Part shown: positions 49,324-64,000 of the stretch, in pieces
Position numbering within the stretch: the first letter of the stretch is position 1
How the letters are laid out: the number at the start of each line of letters is the position of its first letter
Translations under genes and position numbers: made by a program
The notes under the pieces: model-generated
What the model saw: the letters and a program-made list of their open reading frames with translations, nothing else
Databases searched by the model: none
Told to the model about the DNA's origin: nothing
Source: the human T2T-CHM13v2.0 reference genome, Homo sapiens
NCBI GenBank assembly: GCA_009914755.4
Contig: CP086569.2
Location: 2,208,001-2,272,000 of the forward strand
Length of the DNA: 64,000 nucleotides
Direction: 5' to 3'

Positions 49324-49814
49324 CATAAACACACATGTGTGCCACAGGTCCGTTGGTAAAAGCTTGGTTACTGATGATTGAGTTTTTTTCTTTTATTCTT
49401 GGGGAAGTTACATAACCTGTTTTTTTCCAGCCTTATTTTTCCATTCTGTGTAATTGGGATACTAATTATATTCATGTTGCTGTCAGGAGGGTAAAATACA
49501 ATGTATATAATATTATTTTCACTCCAGATCTGGTGTTTAGTAAAACACTCAGCAACTATTAGGTGTAATTGTTATTTATAGGAAACTGTAGGTCTTTTGA
49601 CAGTAATCATAACCACCCTTGCATGTGTGGGTTGTCCATAGAAAATTAAGATAATAGCGCAGAGGTTTCTGTCTCATCATGCTCTTCCCAGCTTCACTGA
49701 GATTGTCCTTTTTTCCAGTCAGGGCTTATCTTTCTAGGTTCCAGGAAAGCATCCTGAGGGATCATGCTGCTGTTTTAATACTCATATCTTCTTTAGGTGT
49801 GAAATACCCAAACG

Positions 49815-50099
49815 GGCCAGGAGCAGTGGCCCACACCTGTCATCCCAGCACTTTGGGAGGCTGAGGTTGGAGGATCACGAGGTTAGGAGTTTGAGACCAG
49901 CCTGGCCAACATGGGTGAAACCCCATCTCTACTAAAAATACAAAAATTAGCCAGGCATGGTGGCACGTGCCGGTAATCCCAGCTACTCAGGAGGCTGAGG
50001 CAGGAGAATCGCTTGAACCTGGGAGGCAGAGGTTGTAGTGAGCCGAGACTGCGCCACTGCCCTCCAGCCTGGGCGACGGAGCAAGACTCCATCTCAGAA

Positions 50100-50132
<33 letters not shown>

Positions 50133-50150
50133 GAAAAAAGAAAGAAAAGA
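49815..50150 (+). mobile_element. Alu with long A/GA-rich tail; TSD gaaatacccaaa
   Basis: gggccaggagcagtggcccacacctgtcatcccagcactttgggaggctgaggttggaggatcacgaggttagg...; gaaatacccaaa(c/t)gg on both flanks. Confidence 0.9.
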
Positions 50151-52061
50151 AATACCCAAATGGTCACCATGATCTAAGCACTCCCTTGGAGAACTGATGG
50201 ATGTCAGTGTGCACTGATGGACATAAAACAGGACCACAGAGAAGAGTCACACTTGTAGAAAGAAATGCCCCCCAATCTCTAGCCAAAAGCTCCAAGTGGG
50301 AGTCTGTGTCACTTCCAGTGACAACTCTGCACTGACTCACTGCGTGACCTTGGGCAAGAAGCACTTCTACCTGCCTTGGTTTGTGGACCTGAAACAGGGA
50401 TGTTAGCACCAACCTGGCATCTTCCCAGGACAGTGGCGCAGATCTGGAGGAACACCTCACGGGAAGGTCTTTTGTAGATCACACAGGAGGCTACACAGAC
50501 ATGAGTTACTGTGATTTCCTTTTGTCTAAAGGTTTCTTTCTGGTTCTAGCCTTGTCTATCTGGGGGAAGGAGACTATCTGTGATGGAGATGAGCGTTCTT
50601 TTCCAAGAGCGTTAATTAGCTGTTCACTTTGTGACTTCGTGAGCGCCCTACCATTTGAATTCTGAATCCCTGCGTTTTGTTCTCATTTGGTGATGAGCCT
50701 TTCAGCAGACATGGTAGTGACTATTAAGTAGGCATTTTAATGCAATCGTTCATAGAATCAATATGTAGACGGCTAGTTTCTAATTTATGAGAAGGCATTC
50801 TCTGGGAAATTGAATAAACAGTGCTCGATTGGAATATGGAAATTTTATATAAGAAAAATAATCCGAGAGAGGCTGAGAATGTACAAGCTCTAAGGAATCA
50901 TCAGATGTGAACAGGACTTCAGCTATCATGTTTAGGGTGAGCTTCGTTAGTGGCTCACATCTAGTTTCAGCTGCAACTGTATTTTCATATCGTTCCCAGG
51001 CAAGCCCCGCGAGTGACTGACTCCACGACCCTGTTTCTTCCCAAACCCTCACCTGAGAAACAGGCTTCTTGGATTAAATCTTCCTTTTCCTATTCGACTA
51101 GCCCGGTGGGTTTGTGCTTGGCGTAACTTTGGGCCCCCTGGGTGGGATGTGCTTGCGTGAAGCTCCAGTAGCTTTTCCTCTGTGCCGGGAATAATTTGCA
51201 AAGCGTCCTATTTTGGATTTTCATAATCAAGCTTCTACCCCGTTTCTTTTCAGTTAATTTAATACCTGGAGCACACGCAGTACTTCAAAAATATTGGTCC
51301 GTTCTGGTGTCAGAGAGTCTTTTTGGACTGAGATGTAAAAGTCCTACATTTGGGTATGTGAGCTGGGAGTTGGGGGGCCAGGCTGAGGAGAAGCAACAAA
51401 TTCCAGAGACAAACTTGGCATCTTGGGAGATGTAATACACGCACCCAGCCACAGAGTCCCAGGAGAATGTATTTTAATGGAGAATGTGGAGGGACTTTGC
51501 AAATGTTTTCATTTTCTCAAATCATATCTGTTATCCTGAAAGTGGTGTCTGTTCCCCCTAACGCCCCCCCGCTCCCTCCCCAACCCTTTGCAGACACTGG
51601 CATCTGTGGACATGAGTTAGGTGCTGCAGTACCACTCACTGTGTCAACTACAGTATTAACTACGGAAAACACACACACAGTCACAGTCACACTGACACTC
51701 ACACCCTAACCATCCCAAATCAGACATTTGCAGTCCCACGGGATTTCCAAAGATTCCCCGGACAAGCAATCTATAGATTATCCTGGGACCAGAAAAAAAA
51801 AAGTCCTAGGATTTTTAGTTTCCTTAACCCTCAAGTGGCTGGAAACTGTTAATCAGAGAGGAATGAACATAAATAACACCAAGCCGAGCTCCGTCTGATC
51901 CGAAGTGAGCCCCCAAACAGCTTCTGTCTGCCCTGATTACCAAAGGAAGCCATGCCCACGCATAAATTGGCAGTCTATTTAAACTGGGTGTTCTTCCTCA
52001 CAGTTTTTTTTTTTTCCCAGAGAAATATTCAAAGGCAGGCATTTTTCTGGCTAAGAAGATA

Positions 52062-52067
52062 TTTATT
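52062..52067 (-). terminator. candidate poly(A) signal AATAAA (reverse strand) about 860 nt downstream of the micro-ORF stop
   Basis: plus-strand tttatt at 52062-52067 is AATAAA on the reverse strand, followed (reverse strand) by ...cttcttagccagaaaaatgcctgcctttgaatatttctc; would end a roughly 1.0-1.7 kb single-exon transcript from the CpG island. Confidence 0.2.
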
Positions 52068-52079
52068 TAAGTCACAGAT

Positions 52080-53830
52080 TGCTTCACCTTCCCAAACTTG
52101 CCCGGCACACTTGGTGTAGGGCAAAGCCTCATCCTTGTCACATCTGTCCCTCTCCCCTCTGGAGCAGGGGCCAGAGGACTTTGGAGGACACCTACTCCCC
52201 CCACCCCCAAGGCTTCGGCTTCCCAGGGGGGGCTTGGCAGTGTGAGAAAGGCAAACCGCCTTCCGACCTGGTTGAAATTTTGTTTCCCATTGCTCCCTAG
52301 AGGTGTCCCTTGGCCGTGGATAACGCTCACTCTGTTCCTAGCCTCGCGCTCACCGTGTTTGTCCATGGAGGTTATAGGGAACTTGAGTGCGGGGTCCCCA
52401 CCGCCGGAGCAGAGGGCTAGGGACCCGATAGCGCCTGGTGTGCCATAGCGCATTGGACCCACCCGAGAGCCCGCGTTCTGCTGCACCGGTGGCGGCCACA
52501 GGCGGGAGCGCCTATGCGCCTTGGACCCAAGGCGCCCAGGGGGTGGGTGGGACGGACCTGGAGGGGGTACAGGGGGGGCCTGCGCCCACCTCTCTGCACG
52601 CGCATCTGCCGCTTCCCGTGCCCCATAGGGGAGCCCCGGGCTCCGTGAATCCTCGGGTTCAGTCCCGCGTCCGGATTCCGCGTCCTCCCCGAAGTTGGGG
52701 CTCCCCAACCGTGGCCCCCCAAAGCGCCCGCACGAGCGCACTCACCCGCTCTCCCCGGTGCGTCCCTGAAGGTCAAGGCCAGGAGGCGGTGGAGGTGCAG
52801 GGCGGGCGGTGGGGCCCGGAGTAGGGGGCGCGGGCGCCGAGCTGGGGGGCACCGCGGGACGGCTCAGTCCCCATGGCCCTGGCGCTGGGGGCGCCCCCCG
52901 CCTGGCGACCCCGGGGGTCCGCGGCGCTCAGATGCCGTGGTCACAGTCCACATCGCGGCAGATGTACCAGAGGATCACGTAGAGGATGAGGAGGATGGCG
53001 AAGATGAAGAGGGCCACCAGGATCGCCTTGGTCACCGGCGAGATGAGAGACTGCATGGCCCCAGCGGGGCGCGCGGGAGGGCGGGGGGCGCGCGGGGGCG
53101 CGGGGCGCGGCGCTCACGACCCCCGAGCGCGCCCGGAGCCCCGCGCCGGCCCCGCGCCGCATCCGCAATGCTCCGTGCCCGGGACAGACGCTGCCTGGGT
53201 GGCTGCTCGGCGGCGGCGGTGGTGGCAGTGGTGGCTGCTCGGAGGCCGGCGCGCTCGGGTGCAGGCGGCTGCGCGCGGGGCTCCCACCGCCCGGGTCCCC
53301 CCAGCTGCTGGCGCTCACCGGGCCCGGCGGCCGCTGGGCTGGGCTGGGGGCACGGGGGGCCCTGGGGGCGGCCGGGAGGAGGGGGCGGCGGCCATGGGGG
53401 AGAGCTGGAGGAAGGCGGCGCGCCGGGCAAGTCCCCCGAAAACTTGGGGCGGAGGCGGCGCGGTGACAGGTGGAAACGCCAGCCCCGCGGGCAGCAGCGC
53501 GCAGCCGTCCACTGGCGGCGGGGGGCGCGGGGGCGCGGGAGGGAGGCGCGGGGGCGAGCGCGCGGGGAGGGGCTGCGGCACTGGGCGGGGGGCCTCCCTT
53601 TGCAGATGGGGAGGGTCGGGGGAGAGCAGGCGTCCCCGACTGCGCGCCTTTCCATCACCTCTCCCACCTCTCTGCTTTTCCCGGCCCCCTCTCTCCAGCG
53701 CAGCGGTGGATATCTCTCTCGTCCAGGTCTTGCATCTCACCCCTTCTTTGGGAGTCCCCTTCCTTTCCTCTTTTCCTCACTCTCACCCTGCACCCCGGTA
53801 TGGGTGAGCTGCGATATTCTCATCAAAGAA
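52080..53830. promoter_or_regulatory. CpG island (promoter-like), very GC- and CpG-rich core 52740-53620
   Basis: dense CpG (gcgcgc, ccgcgg, ggcgcgg) with many Sp1-type GC boxes (gggcgg/ccgccc), e.g. 53064-53110 gcggggcgcgcgggagggcggggggcgcgcgggggcgcggggcgcgg; the only CpG island in the window. Confidence 0.85.
52928..53056 (-). CDS. candidate single-exon micro-ORF, 42 aa, single-pass transmembrane micropeptide (unrecognised)
   Basis: reverse strand atgcagtctctcatctcgccggtgaccaaggcgatcctggtggccctcttcatcttcgccatcctcctcatcctctacgtgatcctctggtacatctgccgcgatgtggactgtgaccacggcatctga = MQSLISPVTKAILVALFIFAILLILYVILWYICRDVDCDHGI*; 20-residue hydrophobic core; codon-position GC 52%/29%/93% (39 of 42 codons end in G/C) against uniformly GC-rich surroundings; Kozak-compatible ggggccATGc; inside CpG island. 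Confidence 0.45.
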   Translation of the reverse strand: MQSLISPVTKAILVALFIFAILLILYVILWYICRDVDCDHGI

Positions 53831-53861
53831 TGAAGGTGCTCATGGAGAGAAGCTGCCCCTT

Positions 53862-53890
53862 CTCTCTTTCTCTCTCTCTCTCTGTGTCTC
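53862..53890. repeat. (CT)n microsatellite
   Basis: ctctctttctctctctctctctgtgtctc. Confidence 0.85.
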
Positions 53891-55210
53891 TTGTACAGGG
53901 AAGGGGGTTTCAAGTTGCAACTAACTCATTGCTGATACCAAGCAGGATGGGCCCAGGCAGGAAAAAAGTACACACCCTTGCCCAGAGTCACAGCTTCTAT
54001 AAGGGGAAGGGGGAGACTGGGTTCTGTGATGAAGGGGTGAGGCAGACGTCTTGGTGTGAGACTCAGTCCCGTGATAAAGGGGCGATGCACACAGACGCCT
54101 TAGTGTAAGGATCCAGGTTTCTGCCCTCGCATCACAGAAAGCCCTCCACCCCACGTTTGTCCCTTACTCTCTGGGGCTTAGCCCTGGGGAATGGAGAGAC
54201 AGGCATGGTGGCACGTGGGTGCACACACATTTTTCCTGAAGTGTGAGCTGTGTTTAGGGCTGATGTCTGGTGGAGACACGAACAGGTCAGGGCACAGCAC
54301 AGAAGGCCGAAGGAGCCCAAATTCTTGGGAAAGGAGGTAGTTCCTCCCTAGCTGGGCATCCTGAATACTCTCTTTAAGGGAGGGAGGGAGCTGGGGCTGT
54401 TGGACAGGGGCATAGGGCTTGCACCAGGAATCCATGACATGGTAAGAACAGGGACCACCCAGTTTCCCAGCAAATACACAATTCAGGCCTTTCATGCCCT
54501 GATTTTTGTCTCCGCTCCCTGTGGCCCCTAACACCGGTGAGCAGGAGCTGTTCCACGATGCCTGGTAGAAGTCTTCGCCTGCCTGCAGTGACACACTACT
54601 GAGGGAAAATTTTATACCTGCATGCAGTGACCCCAGCACCGATGCCCCATGGTTCTGGGAGACAGAAAGAGCTTCAGGGTTGGAGAGCCTTTGTCTGAGA
54701 GCCTGGCTCCCGAGGGTAAGGCATTCCTGACCTTCAGAAACAGGAACAAAGGAGAAGATAGGACCTGACCCAGGTAAAAATAGCCTCCCCTGCTATGGTC
54801 TAGGATGGATTTGCAGCTGAGGAAGGATGCCAGGAAAATGGACCATGATATCAGAGGGCTGTGTGGGTCGGGGAAAAAGGAATTCATCAAGCACTAAAGT
54901 GGCGATGCAATCTCTCCTCTGCACCCTTCTACCCGGTGTTTCCATTCCAGAGACAGCTCTTCCCCCAGGATGACACAGGTGGGAGGGAGGAGACCCTCTT
55001 CCTGCTGACGGCAAAGAGAAGAGCCCACCTCAGGGTCTCCCAGCAGATAGCCGGGTGGCTGGCGTGGCTTTCCCTTGAATCTGCAGTCTGTGAAAGGTTT
55101 TCGAGCAGAAGTGGGGAGCAAGGGAACAGTTTTGTAGATGGCATGACCCATGCCAGCAAGGCTTGCAGCCAGGCAGCTTCTTCTTGCCACTTTAGAGAGG
55201 AAATCAATTG

Positions 55211-55266
55211 TGTGTGTGTGCGCGCGCGCGTACCCGTGTGTGTGGGTGGGTGTGTGTGCACGTGCC
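55211..55266. repeat. (TG)n(CG)n(TG)n alternating purine-pyrimidine tract
   Basis: tgtgtgtgtgtgcgcgcgcgcgtacccgtgtgtgtgggtgggtgtgtgtgcacgtg. Confidence 0.9.
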
Positions 55267-55626
55267 CACACAGTGCATGAAAAGGTCCTCGCTCAGCGAT
55301 AGTGTGTACATTTCCAGGGCAGCAGCTTCTAACTTTCAATTGAACCTGCGTTTCCAGCCTCTAGCTGTTCATCGGCTGAGAGAAGATGGATAATTGAATT
55401 TCTATACTTCCACTTCTCTGCACATGAAGAGTTGGTATTCCTCAGGGGAATTCCTCAGGGGAAGAAACACCAAAGTTTCAGACAGTTTGTAAACTTACTT
55501 TTGTCTGTACAATTTATCAGACACCCACAGTGAAGCCAAGAGCAAAAAGAACATCCAGATGGAAAGGTATAAGGCAGGTGTCAGAGCCAATACACCACGA
55601 TTCCTTTCTCACAAATAGAATTTGAT

Positions 55627-55931
<305 letters not shown>

Positions 55932-55939
55932 TGATTTTT

Positions 55940-57300
<1,361 letters not shown>

Positions 57301-57321
57301 GTAGAATTATCATTATTAGAA

Positions 57322-57535
57322 GCTAGTGGCTGAGTGCAGTGGCTCATGCCGGTAATCCCAGCACTTTGGGAGGCCGAGGCAGGTGAATTGTTTGAGGTCA
57401 GGAGTTCGAGACCAGCCTGACCAACATGGTGAATCCAAGAGGTGGAGGTTGCAGTGAGCCAAGATTGCGCCACTGCACTCCAGCCTGGGCAACAGAGCGA
57501 GAGTCTGTCTCAAAAATAAAAATAAAAATAAAATG
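57322..57535 (+). mobile_element. Alu with large internal deletion
   Basis: gctgagtgcagtggctcatgccggtaatcccagcactttgggaggccgaggcaggtgaattgtttgaggtcaggagttcgagaccagcctgaccaacatggtgaa|tccaagaggtggaggttgcagtgagccaagattgcgccactgcactccagcctgggcaacagagcgagagtctgtctcaaaaataaaaataaaaataaaat. Confidence 0.85.
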
Positions 57536-57806
57536 CTGTTTCTGCCACTTAATCCTTCAGTCATGTACATATCCTTCATTTTCCTCATCCCTGAGTGACT
57601 TCTTGAACTAAATATGGTGGGAAGGCAATGTTTCAGGGCAGCCACTCTCCCTAGAGTGAATTATTTTAGAATCAGAGAAGTGGTTGCTTCCTAAATCACA
57701 ATGTGTGAACTACTAAACGCTCTCTCCATATGTGGCTTGTGGTTGTTTGGTCCTGAGATACAGAGCTTCTAACGTGGACGGTAATCTATTGATTTACTAT
57801 CAGTGA

Positions 57807-58188
<382 letters not shown>

Positions 58189-58724
58189 TAGAAACTCATG
58201 GACAAGATGAACCATGAGCCCTGGGGCAGGCAGATGAGGACAGGAAAAGTTCCCCATTGACTAATTCATTCCTGGGTGATTAGAAGTATTGGAAGGATTT
58301 TATCACTTCTGATTGGCTCAGTATCTGTGTGAGTAAGAGCTGCTCATGGGCTGACCAGAATCTGCTCCAGGTGGACAGCTATCTCTGGGTCTGTTTACTG
58401 AAGAAACGTGTGTACTTTCTTGAATGTGCTACAACTCTTCAGGGTATCCCTGGAGAACTTTGGGATAGGTCCAGCATTCCATGTAGAAGATGGAACATCT
58501 TTCCCAAGAGTTTTTGGATCGTGTCTATCTCTGGCTTGACTCAATTGCCTAAAGTAATTGAATAATAAGTGCTTTTCCTCTGCTTCACTTTGAATGCTGA
58601 AACATGCGTTTTGTTTTTTAACCAGAGGAAACTTGCCCAAATTCTTGACAATCCTGGGCTCCTTTGGAGGATTGAAAATCTTGGGTCCTGGCTCTGTCTC
58701 CTGGATCTGCACGTTGGGTCATCA

Positions 58725-59143
<419 letters not shown>

Positions 59144-59297
59144 TCAAGATTTGGAAAAAATCTTGGTCAAAATCAGGATTTTGACTACTGTTTCTCCATG
59201 CCCTGCTCACATGAGAAACCCTCTCTCCCTCCAAGGCTCCAACTCTGTAATCACTTCTCATTCCCAAATCTGTGGGTCAAATCAAGGTCAAAAATCA

Positions 59298-59732
<435 letters not shown>

Positions 59733-60212
59733 CTAATGTGTTATTATTTTTAGTGAGGTTAAGTCTACAGGTTAACTGAGGCATAAACAGACTTGCTATA
59801 TTTGCTAATTTAGGCAAAACACAAAGCCAATGATAAAAACCGATAAAACCCAATGGACGAAAACGGATGTTTCCGTAATAGCAGGAGTCGCTTAGAGGTT
59901 CAAAAGCATTTTACCTTCTTAGTTCATGGTTTCTGCTTTTCTTTAGTCTGCCAGTGTTGTTGTCTTTGGGATATGTCTTTTTACTATTTGCTCAGATTAT
60001 TTCAAATATGATAGTGGGTAGTGTTGTGTGAAATAGCTAAGATTTTATGTAGATGCTATTAATAAATTTAAACTAACATTTTAGGTGTCCAGCATTTTTT
60101 ATCTATGAACAGAGCAGCTAACACTAGAAAGAGTTCTCTTTACAGGGAAGCAGATGTAACCCACCTGCTTTTTAGAATGGGGTGGTTTTACAAGGAAACA
60201 TCTCTCTAGGTT

Positions 60213-60507
<295 letters not shown>

Positions 60508-60828
60508 GGAAACATCTCTCAAGTTCCTAAGGTAACTGCTTTGTTCCAAAACATAGATTCATTAAACTCAGTGTGTGTGAAAACTAGTAATAAGTTAGCA
60601 GAGCTGATGGGGACTTCAGACTTTAGTGTATGTTTTTTACTACCTTATTCCAGCAAATATGGGTTGGCGACAAAACCACAGAAACGATAGAAGAAAGGAC
60701 ATTTTATTTTTAAAATAGCAGAGTGGGAGCCAGTCAGCCATGGATTCAGATGACGAAAACAACCAAAGAAATGTGCACAAACTCTCACAGTGTTATTTCA
60801 ACAAAGTATATATTTACAGATTGTCTAA

Positions 60829-61213
<385 letters not shown>

Positions 61214-61623
61214 CGTCTATTCTTTGTAACAATCATGTGCCTTGATTTAAGAATTCCCATGTGCTCAAGCTTCTTGACCATCAGAGTGATTGTAAGATAA
61301 AGTAAGAATGAGACACCTTGAGGTCTCATTCAGGCCAGTGGGGATGTGTGGGGAAAACAAACAAACAAACCAAAAAAACAGGAAATATGGGTTAGTCACT
61401 AACCCTTTAATGGTGTTTCCTGTGTGTTAAAACTTTTTACGTAGAGCCACTGCCTCTCAGGTAGGCAGGACTGTGTCCTTTGTCAAATGAAATAGTGGGG
61501 GCAGCAAGTTGAAATCACCTGTGTGATTTAAACCCATGCATTACTTGGGGGAGAACTGTTGACATAATTCAGTGTCAACAGGGGAAGGAACATGTTCTCT
61601 TTCCAGAAGGGTATAAAGGTACT

Positions 61624-61953
<330 letters not shown>

Positions 61954-62445
61954 TCAGACCAGCTAAAATCACATGTATATGTGGGTCAAACATAAATGTG
62001 GTGTTTGAAATGTCCCTTTTCTTTGACACAAAACTTCATTTTTCAAGTATAAAGCCCGATTTTGATGCCCATTTGCGGTGTGCAAGTCCTCATTATTCCA
62101 ATGCTTCAGAGTCCGTGTTACAGGCAGAAATGTAAATATTTATTCTGTAATCGTCCTTTAATTTTTTTTTGTTCTTTCCTGCATCACAAAGTTTTTGACT
62201 GGCTGTTTCGGAAGACTATGTGATAGTTTCCTTTAACAGGGGGAGAAGAGCCCTTCATGATGGCGCTGAAGAATGATGATGCCTGTGTGTGTGCGGACCT
62301 GACCAAATTCTCAGGTTTGGGGTTACCCTCTAGATAAAGATTCTGATGGGGAGAGGGAGCTGTGATTTAGTTAATGCTTATCTGACTGCGCCACCTACCG
62401 GCTCGGCAGGGAATATGCTGCCTGCCTCTGAGGTTTTCACCGAGG

Positions 62446-62869
<424 letters not shown>

Positions 62870-62951
62870 TTAAAGCCTGCTTGCTGTGGGAGACTTTTCA
62901 GTATTCAAACTTTTATATTTAAGTACAATTTTTGATGATGTTGTGTCTTTT

Positions 62952-63250
62952 TTTTTTTGAAATGGGGGTCTTGTTCTGTCACCCAGGCTAGAAAGAAGTG
63001 GTGCCATCACAGCTCACTGCAGCCTTGACATCCTGGGGGCAAGCAATCCTCCCACCTCAGCCTCCAGACCAGCTAAAATCACAGGCGTGTGCCACCATGC
63101 TCAGCTAATATGTTTGTTTGTTTGTTTTGTAGAGACGAGGTATCACTATGTTGTCCAGGGTGGTCTTGAACTCTTGAACTCAAGAAATCCTCCTGCCTTA
63201 GTCTCCCAAAGTGCTAGGATTACAGACGTGCGTTACCGTGTGCAACCTGA
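62952..63250 (-). mobile_element. Alu (reverse, AluJ-like) carrying a templated 15-nt patch
   Basis: T head; gaaatgggggtcttgttctgtcacccaggctagaaagaagtggtgccatcacagctcactgcagccttgacatcctggggg...cctccagaccagctaaaatcacaggcgtgtgccaccatgctcagc... Confidence 0.85.
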
Positions 63251-63289
63251 TATTTTATCTGACAATGGTAGGGAGGGGCCAGAAGAGTC

Positions 63290-63365
63290 AGGGAGAGGGA
63301 GATGGAGACAGAAAGGAAAAGGAATAAAGAGAGAGAGAGAGAGACAAGGAGAGAGAGACTGATGG
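63290..63365. repeat. GA-rich low-complexity tract
   Basis: gggagagggagatggagacagaaaggaaaaggaataaagagagagagagagagacaaggagagagagactg. Confidence 0.8.
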
Positions 63366-64000
63366 AAATTCTTTTTCCACCAACCGAGAAGAGAAGCAGC
63401 ATCCCATCAGAGGGGGTTGATCCAAGCCATCTACTGTATTAGTTCATGAGAAATGACTGGCTGTAACACATGAGCCCTGGAATTTCTGTGGCTTAACAAT
63501 TAAATAATTATTTCTCACTCATCCAGTTGTCCAGTGTAAGACTTAGGGACCCCTGAGCAGGCGGCCAGCTCTCAGCAAAGACAGCACAGTACCAGGGAAG
63601 GGTCACAGGAATTTTGGCACATGGCCAGCTGGTTCCACTGCACCTGCCCAGGGACGCTGGTCTCCAGGCTCCTGGCTTCTCAGCCTCAGCACAGATGTCT
63701 GCATCCCCAGAATTTTAAGGGAGGCTGCTGGAAGCCGGGGCAGGAGGTGGGATGAGAATGAAGCTTTTCAGAGCAGAGACCATAACAGACCAATTTTCAA
63801 ATTGTCTGAAAATGGAGCATGACCCAAATTCTTAGGAGACTCTAGGGAGGAGAGGGAACCGCAATAATAGCCGACATCACATTTCCCAGGGGAGTGGAGT
63901 CTAAGAGTCAGATTTGAGTCCGTTTAGATTGAAATTGGAAAGATACAGAGATGGAAGAGTCTGATGTTTCCTCAAAAGGTTAACCGAAGACATACCATAT

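Noticed and set aside
52067-53833. Long GC-rich ORFs in the CpG island on both strands: 52937-53833 + (298 aa), 52986-53807 + (273 aa), 53032-53667 - (211 aa), 52067-52741 - (224 aa), 53470-54108 + (212 aa)
   Set aside because: These are overlapping, mutually antisense, Pro/Arg/Gly/Ala low-complexity frames typical of stop-codon-poor GC-rich DNA. The 224-aa reverse ORF shows no third-position GC bias (about 55% G/C at position 3). The long + strand frames are simply antisense to the hydrophobic micro-ORF region. No recognisable domains.

Overview
This window is primate (human-type) genomic DNA that is dense in interspersed repeats and sparse in genes. I count about 62 Alu copies or fragments (roughly 28% of the window). 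There are two L1 3' fragments, one young L1PA-like and one older copy with a nested Alu. Many MaLR LTR pieces (THE1/MST/MLT1-type) are present, with one stretch of MaLR internal sequence and one MITE-like DNA-transposon relic. Tandem repeats include (CA)n, (TA)n, (GAAA)n, a compound (GGAT/GATA)n minisatellite, AT-rich minisatellites and a minisatellite derived from an LTR end. The only gene-like signal is one strong CpG island at about 52.08-53.83 kb, which is G-rich on the + strand across its core. Inside it, on the minus strand, sits a self-contained 42-codon ORF (52928-53056) encoding a single-pass hydrophobic micropeptide. That ORF has the third-codon-position GC pattern of real coding sequence in a GC-rich region, and I could not match it to any protein I know. 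Almost all ORFs of 60 aa or more in the supplied track are repeat-derived (Alu, L1 ORF2 tail, GAA or GGAT repeats) or GC-rich artefacts of the CpG island. I saw no rRNA, tRNA or CRISPR signatures. Several structural oddities are reported as findings: a near-identical inverted repeat, an Alu flanked by 82-bp direct repeats, a zero-spacer inverted Alu junction, and a templated 15-nt patch inside an Alu. Coordinates of repeats are approximate (about ±10 bp), and family names for LTR and DNA elements are from memory of consensus motifs, not from a search.
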